This document shows positions 29,578-42,015 of a stretch of 64,000 bases of DNA, one piece after another. The notes under the pieces were generated by a model, which did no database searches, was not told where the DNA came from, and saw nothing but the letters and a program-made list of their open reading frames with translations. The stretch is from the NCBI GenBank assembly GCA_002269645.1, contig NIVC01001539.1, positions 124,001 to 188,000 on the forward strand. Direction: 5' to 3'. Source of the stretch: Macrostomum lignano. Its lineage: Eukaryota. Position 1 is the stretch's first letter, and every line of letters begins with the position of its first letter. Position numbers and translations under genes: made by a program.

Positions 29578-30940
29578 GTTCTAGTGGTTTCCCATACACA
29601 ATGATTCCCTAGTGGTTTCCCATACACAATGATTCCCTAGTGGTTTCCCATACACAATGATTCCCTAGTGGTTTCCCATACACAATGATTCCCCAGTGGT
29701 TTCCCATACACAATGATTCCCTAGTGGTTTCCCATACACAATGGTTCCCCAGTGGTTTCCCATACACAATGATTCCCTAGTGGTTTCCCATTCACAATGA
29801 TTCCCTAGTGGTTTCCCATACACAATGATTCCCTAGTGGTTTCCCATACACAATGATTCCCTAGTGTTTTCCTATACACAATGATTCCCTAGTGGTTTCC
29901 CATACACAATGATTCCCTAGTGGTTTCCTATACACAATGATTCCCTAGTGGTTTCCCATACACAATGGTTCCCTAGTGGTTTCCCATACACAATGAGTCC
30001 CTAGTGGTTTCCCATACACAATGGTTCCCTAGTGGTTTCCCATACACAATGGTTCCCTAGTGGTTTCCCATACACAATGGTTCCCTAGTGGTTTCCCATA
30101 CACAATGATTCCCTAGTGGTTTCCCATACACAATGGTTCCCTAGTGGTTTCCCATACACAATGATTCCCCAGTGTTTTCCCATACACAATGATTCCCTAG
30201 TGTTTTCCCATACACAATGATTCCCTAGTGGTTTCCCATACACAATGGTTCCAGTGGTTTCCCATACACAATGGTTCCCTAGTGGTTTCCCATACACAAT
30301 GATTCCCCAGTGTTTTCCCATACACAATGATTCCCTAGTGTTTTCCCATACACAATGGTTCCCTAGTGGTTTCCCATACACAATGGTTCCAGTGGTTTCC
30401 AATACACAATGGTTCCTTACCTTAGTCATTAGTGGTTTCCCATACACAATGGTTCCTTAGTCATTAGTGGTTTCCCATACACAATGGTTCCAGTGGTTTC
30501 CCATACACAATGGTTCCAGTGGTTTCCCATACACAATGGTTCCAGTGGTTTCCCATACACAATGATTCCCTAGTGGTTTCCCATACACAATGGTTCCCCA
30601 GTGGTTTCCCATACACAATGATTCCCTAGTGGTTTCCCATACACAATGGTTCCAGTGGTTTCCCATACACAATGGTTCCAGTGGTTTCCCATACACAATG
30701 GTTCCAGTGGTTTCCCATACACAATGATTCCCTAGTGGTTTCCCATACACAATGGTTCCCCAGTGGTTTCCCATACACAATGATTCCCTAGTGGTTTCCC
30801 ATACACAATGGTTCCCCAGTGGTTTCCCATACAAAATGGTTCCCTATTGGTTTCCCATACACAATGGTTCCTTACCTTAGTCATTAGTGGTTTCCCATAC
30901 ACAATGGTTCCAGTGGTTTCCCATACACAATGGTTGGTTT
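29578..30940. repeat. 27-28-bp satellite CTAGTGGTTTCCCATACACAATGATTCC upstream of Meis
   Basis: Head-to-tail units with no spacers, roughly 48 copies. Confidence 0.95.
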
Positions 30941-31587
30941 CCCATATAATGAATGGTTCCTGTAGTTTAAATTCGTAGTTAAAGGGTTTACATTCCTTTC
31001 CTGTTTCCATGGCGTTCCATACATACACGAGTTTACATGGGTTCCAGGTGTGCCAGGTGTTTGAGTCAAGGCCATCAAGGGTTGCACAACAACCCGACAG
31101 AGATACCAGGATGACAGGGTCTTCAATATAAAAGTCAATTCAGCACAGCGGCTTCGCTTACTGACACGAAAGTTGAAATGTTTAACTAAACTGCATGCCT
31201 CTCACCTTGAGGAAGTGGGAATTCAAAGTCATTTATCCCCACCCCCAATACTATTGGAATCCCAAATCCCATCGCAGAGCGTCTCGTCACGGCCCGCTGC
31301 TCGTTTTGATCCCCGGCCTCGATTTCCCTCTCCGTTCGGCACAAAAATCCCAGCTCCCAAGTTTTGACGGCGCGCTCAGGTGAACTGGGTCGTAAAATTA
31401 AATTATGATAATTTGAGTGCTCAAGTCGCTCCGTTTGAGCTTTATGGCTCGGTGCGGATTTCGGATCACCGAGTCTCCGTAATGGGGCGGAAAGATTGAA
31501 GAATTCTGATTGAAATCTGTTTGCCAATAAGCTCTGGGTTTGCAGCCCGCTTTTAGGGGGTCTGCAGATGCGTTTCGATGATATTCA

Positions 31588-32539
<952 letters not shown>

Positions 32540-33757
32540 GTCAATATGCTAGAACGCCGCCATCACAACTGCTCAAGAAGCCACTAAAATTTGTCTGGAA
32601 ACCCCCACCACCCAGCAGCAGGAGTCTCACAGCGCAGATTGAATCTTCTTCAATCTTTGCTCAGGCAGACGCTCAGGCCAGAGGGCTCTGCAAAGCTACG
32701 CCGGAGATGGCAGGGGGCTTATCTCTGACAGAAATCGGAGCTTCCGCGTTGTCCAAAGGGAGCGGCTCGTCTTTCCTAGCCCCGCCTGCCCTGAAAGATC
32801 GGTGGCCGGTCCTTGAGCTGTCTCACTGTTTCAATCGCATGTCAAACAAGATATTCTACATCATTCTTCCTGGTTTTAATTTTACGTAATAAAGTTTTTC
32901 TTCGTTATACTACTGGTAATCAGTAGTATGTTGCGAGTTGTCTTTTAAATTTGAATCCATGTCGCCTAGAATTTCGATGCGTCAAAAGGTTTCTAACACG
33001 TTTTTCTTGGAGCGACCTGTCCGCGTACGCTTGTACATGTCTGATGATGAGATGTCTGCATTGTACACCCTGTATGAGTGCGTGCCTTCGTACAGTATTG
33101 GCGTGCTTGAATGTGCTCAGGACTGCTTGCTTCCTGAAAACACGTAGGTAGGCCCTTCTATCCACTACATACTCGCAGATACTTCCACACGCGCGAATTT
33201 CCCTGTTAAATTATGTTATACTCGTATCAACGAAAAGAATGTTTAGCTACTGAAAGTAGTCAATAAGCGCAATTGTTTACATTTCTCTAGCAATGGACGC
33301 TCTAAAAATTTGCAATTTTTTTATTAATCTAAAATTGTTTTGCATTTTGTACTTATTCGTATATTTACTGGAGAACGAAGCTTAGGCAGACAGTAATATA
33401 AGGCTGCTCTCGAGAGCGGAGGACGGGTGCTTGGGGTTGGTAAGAAATAATTGCTGCATTAGCAAGCAAAAAATGAATTAAAAGCAGAACTGACAACCCT
33501 TCTCAACACGTCTGGAATTCCTCTATACTACTCTGTCATTATGCAGCTCAACAGGCAATTGCTGTCGCGAGTGAGCAGGCTCGTGGGCGTGGCACACCTA
33601 GCTGCAAGTGTCTCTCTCTGCTCATGGATGAATCAAAGTGAACTCAAAAAAACAGGAACTTGAAGCGATTTGAGTAGCCGACATCAGCATGTAGAATGAA
33701 TGTTTCTGTTAATTTAAAATTGCACTAACAAAACTACACTAACATAATGAATGCAGT

Positions 33758-36700
33758 TCACTCCATTGGGGTTCTCCAGAGCAGGTACACGGCCTCCTGG
33801 TACTTGAATATGAAACAGAAGCCGGGCTCGTGCGACACGAGGTTCCAGTACTGACCGCGGACGATCACCACGTGGAACAGTCTGCCAAACTGGTCGTCCA
33901 GCAGCTGCTTCACCATTCTGGGCAGCTGCTTCGGCTGCGGCGATTCTTCCAGACTCTCCTTGACGATGAAGAACGCTTCTGCCTGCCTGTCGGGCGGCAT
34001 GTCGTTGTAAATCACCTGCACACTGCTGGGCAGGCTGCGCTTCTGGACCGCGAATACGCTCTTGGAGCGGTAAGCCCGCCTGCAGCGCAGTTTAGGGATT
34101 GCTAATCTAGCCAACACCGATGCTGTATTAGAGTGGATCGCTAATCTAGCCAACACCGATGCTGGATAAGAGTGGGTTGCTAATCTAGCCAACACCGATG
34201 CTGGATAAGAGTGGATCGCTAATCTAGCCAACACCGATGCTGGATAAGAGTGGATCGCTAATCTAGCCAACACCGATGCTGGATAAGAGTGGATTGCTAA
34301 TCTAGCCAACACCGATACTGGATTAGAGTGGATTGCTAATCTAGCCAACACCGATACTGGATTAGAGTGGATTGCTAATCTAGCCAACACCGATGCTGGA
34401 TAAGAGTGGATTGCTAATCTAGCCAACATGGATATGGGTGAATAGAATGGATTGCTAATCTAGCCTACATGAATATGGGTGAATAGAATGGATTGCTAAT
34501 CTAGCCTACATGAATATGGGTGAATAGAATGGATTGCTAATCTAGCCTACATGAATATGGGTGAATAGAATGGATTGCTAATCTAGCCAACGCCGATACT
34601 GCATTAGAGTAGATTGCTAATCTAGCCAACGCCGATACTGGATTAGAGTAGATTGCTAATCTAGCCAACACCGATACTGGATTAGAGTGGGTTGCTAATC
34701 TAGCCAACACCGATGCTGGATAAGAGTGGATCGCTAATCTAGCCAACACCGATGCTGGATAAGAGTGGATCGCTAATCTAGCCAACACCGATGCTGGATA
34801 AGAGTGGATTGCTAATCTAGCCAACACCGATACTGGATTAGAGTGGATTGCTAATCTAGCCAACACCGATACTGGATTAGAGTGGATTGCTAATCTAGCC
34901 AACACCGATGCTGGATAAGAGTGGATTGCTAATCTAGCCAACATGGATATGGGTGAATAGAATGGATTGCTAATCTAGCCTACATGAATATGGGTGAATA
35001 GAATGGATTGCTAATCTAGCCTACATGAATATGGGTGAATAGAATGGATTGCTAATCTAGCCTACATGAATATGGGTGAATAGAATGGATTGCTAATCTA
35101 GCCAACGCCGATACTGCATTAGAGTAGATTGCTAATCTAGCCAACGCCGATACTGGATTAGAGTAGATTGCTAATCTAGCCAACACCGATACTGGATTAG
35201 AGTAGATTGCTAATCTAGCCAACGCCGATACTGGATTAGAGTAGATTGCTAATCTAGCCAACACCGATACTGGATTAGAGTAGATTGCTAATCTAGCCAA
35301 CACCGATGCTGGATAAGAGTGGATTGCTAATCTAGTCAACACCGATACTGGATTAGAGTGGATTGCTAATCTAGCCAACACCGATACTGGATTAGAGTGG
35401 ATTGCTAATCTAGCCAACACCGATGCTGGATAAGAGTGGATTGCTAATCTAGCCAACATGGATATGGGTGAATAGAATGGATTGCTAATCTAGCCTACAT
35501 GAATATGGGTGAATAGAATGGATTGCTAATCTAGCTAACATGGATATGGGTGAATAGAATGGATTGCTAATCTAGCCTACATGAATATGGGTGAATAGAA
35601 TGGATTGCTAATCTAGCCTACATGAATATGGGTGAATAGAATGGATTGCTAATCTAGCCTACATGGATATGGGTGAATAGAATGGACTGCTAATCTAGCC
35701 TACATGAATATGGGTGAATAGAATGGATTGCTAATCTAGCCTACATGAATATGGGTGAATAGAATGGATTGCTAATCTAGCTAACATGGATATGGGTGAA
35801 TAGAATGGATTGCTAATCTAGCCAACATGGATATGGGTGAATAGAATGGATTGCTAATCTAGCCTACATGAATATGGGTGAATAGAATGGATTGCTAATC
35901 TAGCCTACATGAATATAGGTGAATAGAATGGATTGCTAATCTAGCTAACATGGATATGGGTGAATAGAATGGATTGCTAATCTAGCCTACATGAATATGG
36001 GTGAATAGAATGGATTGCTAATCTAGCCTACATGAATATGGGTGAATAGAATGGATTGCTAATCTAGCCTACATGGATATGGGTGAATAGAATGGACTGC
36101 TAATCTAGCCTACATGAATATGGGTGAATAGAATGGATTGCTAATCTAGCCTACATGAATATGGGTGAATAGAATGGATTGCTAATCTAGCCTACATGGA
36201 TATGGGTGAATAGAATGGATTGCTAATCTAGCTAACATGGATATGGGTGAATAGAATGGATTGCTAATCTAGCCTACATGGATATGGGTGAATAGAATGG
36301 ATTGCTAATCTAGCCTACATGGATATGGGTGAATAGAATGGATTGCTAATCTAGCCTACATGGATATGGGTGAATAGAATGGATTGCTAATCTAGCCTAC
36401 ATGGATATGGGTGAATAGAATGGACTGCTAATCTAGCCTACATGAATATGGGTGAATAGAATGGATTGCTAATCTAGCCTACATGGATATGGGTGAATAG
36501 AATGGATTGCTAATCTAGCCTACATGAATATGGGTGAATATAGAATGGGCTGCTAATCTAGCCTACATGGATATGAGTGAATAGAATGGATTGCTAATCT
36601 AGCCTACAGGGACATGAGGGAATAGAGTGGATTGCTAATCTAGCCTACAGGGACATGAGGGAATAGAGTGGATTGCTAATCTAGCCTACATGGATATGAG

Positions 36701-38217
36701 GGAATAGAATGGATTGCTAATCTAATTCATGCATTATGATGCAGCTCTGCCAGACCACGGCTTTAGAGTAATAAATCATCTCGCGCTATTTTTATAGCCG
36801 TTATTGAAATTCAATTTCTTTCTCTAACTAGTCGAATCACTGAACCGCTTCAAGACTAAAGGCTCCGAGGAAAGGAGATGGCGAAGAAATTGATAAAAAA
36901 TTCCTGCACCCGCGAAGGCAATTTATAATTCAGTGAGGAAATTGGGAGAGTCGCCAGGACTCACGCTTTCTTAGTTATCAGCCCGAGCACATCGCAGTAG
37001 TTCTCCAGAGTGATTCGGCCCAAGTGTTGCTGGTCGAAGATGGCCAGCCACTTCTGAAAATGGCGGTTTAAATAGGACTGAGCTTGAGAAGTTTAACAGG
37101 AACTGAGGACTTGCATTCACAGATTGAGTCAGATGGTTCCTGTGTTTTATGATCCATGACCCCTGGCTTATCTGACTCTGCCTGTGTTTTATGACCCATG
37201 ACCCCCTGGCTTAACTGACTCTGCCTGTGTTCTATGACCCATGACCCCCTGGCTTATCTGACTCTGCCTGTGATCTATGACCCATGACCCCCTGGCTTAT
37301 CTGACTCTGCCTGTGTTTTATGACCCATGACTCACTGGCTTATCTGACTCTGCCTGTGTTTTATGACCCATGACCCCCTGGCTTATCTGACTCTGTCTGT
37401 GTTTTATGACCCATGACCCCTGGCTTATCTGACTCTGCCTGTGTTTTATGACCCATGACCCCCTGGCTTATCTGACTCTGTCTGTGTTTTATGACCCATG
37501 ACCCCTGGCTTATCTGACTCTGCCTGTGTTTTATGACCCATGACCCCCTGGCTTATCTGACTCTGCCTGTGTTCTATGACCCATGACCCCCTGGCTTATC
37601 TGACTCTGCCTGTGATCTATGACCCATGACCCCCTGGCTTATCTGACTCTGCCTGTGTTTTATGACCCATGACTCACTGGCTTATCTGACTCTGCCTGTG
37701 TTTTATGACCCATGACCCCCTGGCTTATCTGACTCTGTCTGTGTTTTATGACCCATGACTCACTGGCTTATCTGACTCTGCCTGTGTTTTATGACCCATG
37801 ACCCCCTGGCTTATCTGACTCTGCCTGTGTTTTATGACCCACTGGCTTATCTGACTCTGCCTGTGTTTTATGACCCACTGGCTTATCTGACTCTGCCTGT
37901 GTTTTATGACCCACTGGCTTATCCGACTCTGCCTGTGTTTTATGACCCACTGGCTTATCTGACTCTGCCTGTGTTTTATGACCCACAGGCTGACTCTCCG
38001 AATATCTATGTAAATATGAGCAGTTCCAATCAACCAGAATGTTTATTCAGAGTCTCCTAATCGTGCAGTGAAAAATTCGCACCTGTACAAAAGTATCTTC
38101 GAAGTTGTTCTTCTCCATGTAGGCTCTGAGCTCGTCCACGGTGATCTCCTCGCTGTTGTCCGTGTCGATGGCGAAGAATGCGTCCAGGAAGCTGTGCTGA
38201 TGCTCAGACGAAGACAT
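33758..38217 (-). CDS. Tegumental-allergen-like (TAL) protein: two EF-hands plus dynein light chain-like domain, 3 exons, 181 aa
   Basis: Exons 38217-38083 (MSSSEHQHSFLDAFFAIDTDNSEEITVDELRAYMEKNNFEDTFVQ), 37053-36965 (KWLAIFDQQHLGRITLENYCDVLGLITKK) and 34079-33758 (..DMPPDRQ..KQLLDDQFGRLFHVVIVRGQYW..FIFKYQEAVYLLWRTPME). GT-AG introns with consistent phases 0 and 2. Confidence 0.9.
34092..36725. repeat. 39-bp and 41-bp monomer satellite with 515-bp higher-order repeat, TAL intron 2
   Basis: Both monomers share GGATTGCTAATCTAGCC; blocks recur at 34429, 34944 and 35459 (spacing 515 = 9x39 + 4x41). Confidence 0.9.
37135..37990. repeat. 36-43-bp array CTGGCTTATCTGACTCTGCCTGTGTTTTATGACCCA(TGACCCC), TAL intron 1
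   Basis: Direct reading of the tandem units. Confidence 0.9.
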
Positions 38218-39099
38218 GATGCCTTAGACCAAGTTAGCACCCAGATGAGAGGGATAGCGAAAGTTTAGGAGTGAAGCCTGACAGACTACTCATTCACTCT
38301 CTAGAGCTCTCTTAAAAGGTGCTTACTAGCTTGTCAGAGCTGTCCATCTCGGACGGGTTCGGTAATTACACACAGAAACTGATGAGGTAGAGCTCACTCG
38401 CCCGCTGGGTGAGATTGGCAAAACTCAGAGGCATTTCGAGTGCGAATTTTTGGCTGTGGCACTCGAAAACGCCTGGCTGGTTGGGACCCTCTGGCGCCCC
38501 GCTGACTGCAGGAATTCCAGCTGCAGCGTCCCAGCGGGGTTCCGGTTGAGTCAGTTCAGTCTCAGACCTCAGCTGGCTCAGCCTCCCAGCAGTGGAGTGC
38601 AGAGACAGACTTTGAGATGAGAAGAGAAAAAGCACAGAAAAAAGAAGAAGATGATGTCAGCAGATGAAGAGAGGCCAGCTGAGCTGACTTTGCCGCGCGC
38701 CGCAATCCCCCCACCCGTCCCTTCAGATCAGATTAATTGCCGCCGGCCCCGCTAATTTAGGACGGCCGCCCGCCGCCGCCTCCGCTAGCCAAAGGCCAGC
38801 CCAGAAAGCCGCAGAGCAGGACAGGAAAGGAGAAAGTGGAGAGTTGAAGAAAATAAGAGAGCGGCAAGGAGGGGAGAGGGAAAGAGCCAACTGCTGATTG
38901 GGATGGCAGAAGCCTCTCTCCCTTCCCATTGCTTTCCTTCCTGATCCTCCCTCAATATCCCTTTCTCTTCTTTTTCTCAATTTTCTTTCAGGCAAAAACA
39001 TGCCAGCCCCAATTTCTGGGATTCCGTTCCCTGGCCGATTAAATTCCAAGAAAAGCCGGCGGACCCGAGGCCAACTGAGGTCGCCCCAGCTGCTCAAGA

Positions 39100-40518
39100 A
39101 TGAAGCGCAGCGTCAGTTTGAGCATCAAGTCGGCGCTGTCGCACCTAGACGAGAGTCCGGACCTGCGAGAGCTGCTCCGGGCTGGCCAGCCTCGCCGGGT
39201 GGTCAATCTGGGCCTCGGCGAGTCGCCGTTCCCGCCGCCGCCGGCAGCCGCCGAGCTGCTTCGCCGAAACGCCGATGCCTGTCGCTATTCGCCCAGCGAC
39301 GGCTGCCCGGAGCTGCGCGCCGCCTTTGCCGACTTTCACGGCTGGCCGGGCGGTGCCGAGAGCGTCGTGATCGGGCCCGGCTGCCGCGGCCTGCTCTTCG
39401 CCCTGCTGCTCGCCTTCGAGGGTCGAATTTTCATCGCCGCGCCGGCCTGGAGCGCCTGCGGTCCCCAGTGCGAGCTGCTGCGCCGGCTCCACTCCGCCGT
39501 GTTCGTCGTGCCGACCGACTTCGACGACGCCTGGAAGATCAAGCCGTCGGCGCTGCGGCGCGCGGTGCTGTCGGTGGAGTCCGGCTGCCGGGGCTCCGAG
39601 ACGGCCAGCAACAAGCTGCTGGTTCTGGCCAGCCCTGGCAACCCCAGCGGCCAGTGCTACTCGGCCGAAGAGTTCGCTAGGCTGGCCGAGACCCTGGCGG
39701 AACTCGGATTCACCGCGGCGGTGTCCGACGAGACCTACGCCCTGCTGCGCTACGACGGCCGGCCGCACCGATCGCTGTCCGAGTTCTACCCAGACGGAGC
39801 GGTCATTCTGACCAGCCTGTCCAAGTGGGCCGGCCTGGCCGGCTGGAGGATCGGCTGTGCGCTGTTCCCCCGCCGACTGGTCGGCCTGCAAGAGTCCGTG
39901 GCCGGCGCGCTCTCCCAGATGGCGCCGTGTGCGCCGACACCGCAGCAGCTGGCCGCCGCGGAGCTGCTTCGCGCCGCCTGCCCGGACCCCGGCGCCGCCA
40001 CCACCGCCGCCTGCCGCGTTCTGCGCCGTCTCGGCCGTTTTTGCTCCGAGCGACTGTCCGGCTGCGGCCGCGTCCGAGTCCTGGCGCCGCAGGCCGGGTT
40101 CTTCCTGCTCATCGACTTGACCGACCTCGCCGACGACTTGCGCTGCCTTGGCGCCGACACGGCTGGCCAGGTGTGCACCCGCCTGCTGCGGGACCTCGGC
40201 CTGCTGCTGCTCCCAGGCGACGCCTTCATGCTGCCACCGGAAGCGGTCGTGCTTCGCCTCTGCTTTCTCGACTTCGACGGCGGCGCCGCTGTCGAAGCGG
40301 CCAACCAAGGCGGCGATAAAGAAGTCGAGGACAACGACGAGCGGTTCGTCCTGAGCCACTGCCAGCCGACGGCCGACGCCGTCCTCCGCCTGTGCGACTG
40401 GCTGCGCCGGCTGCCGGAACGCGCCGCAGCGGAGCGCGACTGGCAGGCGGAGCTGCGCCGGGTGGGACGCGAACTCGCGACCTCAGCTCTGCTGGGCGCC
40501 TTGGAACTTTGCTGCTGA
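39100..40518 (+). CDS. Intronless PLP-dependent class I/II aminotransferase (aspartate aminotransferase-like), 472 aa
   Basis: Motifs NLGLGESPFP, YSPSDGCPELR, IGPG, SPGNPSG, SDETY, and SLSKWAGLAGWRIG (PLP lysine). AATAAA at 40732-40737. Confidence 0.88.
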   Translation: MKRSVSLSIKSALSHLDESPDLRELLRAGQPRRVVNLGLGESPFPPPPAAAELLRRNADACRYSPSDGCPELRAAFADFHGWPGGAESVVIGPGCRGLLFALLLAFEGRIFIAAPAWSACGPQCELLRRLHSAVFVVPTDFDDAWKIKPSALRRAVLSVESGCRGSETASNKLLVLASPGNPSGQCYSAEEFARLAETLAELGFTAAVSDETYALLRYDGRPHRSLSEFYPDGAVILTSLSKWAGLAGWRIGCALFPRRLVGLQESVAGALSQMAPCAPTPQQLAAAELLRAACPDPGAATTAACRVLRRLGRFCSERLSGCGRVRVLAPQAGFFLLIDLTDLADDLRCLGADTAGQVCTRLLRDLGLLLLPGDAFMLPPEAVVLRLCFLDFDGGAAVEAANQGGDKEVEDNDERFVLSHCQPTADAVLRLCDWLRRLPERAAAERDWQAELRRVGRELATSALLGALELCC

Positions 40519-40869
40519 TTAACATTGCCTGAATGGCATGAATGCATGCATATAGACCTGAGGGTACTACTGAAAAGTAGTAGAAATTCAATTTAGTTTG
40601 TCGAGAAGTTCCGCGCTGACAAAAGCTGAACCCTGGTAGAAAGGGTCTGTTGACTGGGTTCAGCGGACCAAAACTGCTGGAAGTTGGCTTCCAGACTTTT
40701 ACCTCTATAGTTGGCTAATCTTCCCTAGCGCAAATAAAATAACGCCCTGCTTGTTAACCTCGAGCTATACTATCTGTCGGTCATTTGTATACTGCAAAAA
40801 TATTCTGCTAGCTAAGCTGTCTTCTGCTTGCCTGTAACTCAAGGCCCGGATAAAGAATCCAGCTTATGG

Positions 40870-41100
40870 CTGCGGGCTAGATGAGAGAGGAGAGAAGAGG
40901 CAAGAGATAGGGTGAGAGAAGAAATAAGAGAGAAGATATGAGGAGAGAAGAGGAGAGAGAGGACAGAGAGGGGGAGAGAGGAGAGGGGAGAGGAGAGAGG
41001 AAAGAGGAAAGAGGGGAGAGAGGAGAGAGGAGAGAGATGAGAGAAGGGAGAGAGGGAGAGAGATGAGAGAGGGGAGAGAGGAGAGGAGAGAGCTGAGCAG
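40870..41100. repeat. GA-rich low-complexity tract
   Basis: Direct reading. Confidence 0.85.
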
Positions 41101-42015
41101 AGACACAAACCCTGAGCGGGCCAGATTGCTATTATAAAGTGCTGCGGGCTGGCTTTTGCCCGAGCAGATTTAAGTTTATTTTTAACTGAAGTATGATCAT
41201 AGACTATTTCATTTGCCTGTATTGAGCACAAGAGCCTAACTAAAGGCAAACCGCTTGGAAATAAGTAAAAAAATATATATATAAAGTTAAACGGTGCCAA
41301 GCAGACATCGGCAAAAGAAGGCCGAAGGTACTACGGCGAATATTCAGGGCATTAAGCCCAGTGTTTCAGTACAAACTTGTAACATAAAGTTTCAAAGGAC
41401 CCGAGGGTCGGAAATCGTCGACCCTTTCCGTAGCTCCAGAGCATTAGCTGAAGAGCCACTCCCCATTCTATTTCGAACGCCTCCCGCATTGATAGTCTTC
41501 ACATAATTTCAAGCGCCTACCTGCGTAAGAGTTTTGCTATCAGCTGTCGGTAACCCCCCCAGCTCTGCATTTCCACTTTCCTTATCGGTCCCTGGGTCAT
41601 CGGGCCTGGCCGTGACCAGCAAACTGGGCAAATGGGCCTCAGCCAGTGTACAAAATGGCTTGCTTTATGTAGAGTATTGTGTGGAATAACAAATTGTAAA
41701 CTGAACAGACGACTAGAGATCGCAATCGAATTAAAACCACCTGACTGTGAAAACTGAAGCTGAAACCTTATTTAGGACATTGGTTCGGAAATTATAAACA
41801 CCCCCTCGCCTCCTCCTTCTCTCCTGCATTTCCTGTTCGCAAACCTTATCTGTTGCACACCTTTCACAGAGAGTGGCTGGCTTATATAACAGGGCCACCA
41901 GAGACAACACAGGCTCTGATAAATATTTGGCTCAGTTGCAGCAGCAATCAATTCAACAAGGCAAAAACCAAAACACTGATTTCTCGATTCGAAATTGTCA
42001 ACACTTATCACAAAC

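Noticed and set aside
29578-30940. CRISPR-like 28-bp repeat array
   Set aside because: Units are head-to-tail without unique spacers, there are no cas genes, and the context is eukaryotic.
29578-30940. Array of NF-kB or Su(H) sites (GGGAAACCAC / TATGGGAA) upstream of Meis
   Set aside because: Each motif has a mismatch to the consensus and there is no independent support.
38370-38410. Hammerhead core CTGATGAG
   Set aside because: No GAAA follows a closing stem II.
39100-40518. Bacterial contaminant contig
   Set aside because: The gene is embedded between spliced eukaryotic genes, has a polyA signal, and has no neighbouring prokaryotic genes.
39145-40547. Long antisense and alternate-frame ORFs over the aminotransferase
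   Set aside because: Shadow ORFs expected from high-GC codon usage; no motifs. The same holds for those over the LINE, Gypsy and TEP exons.
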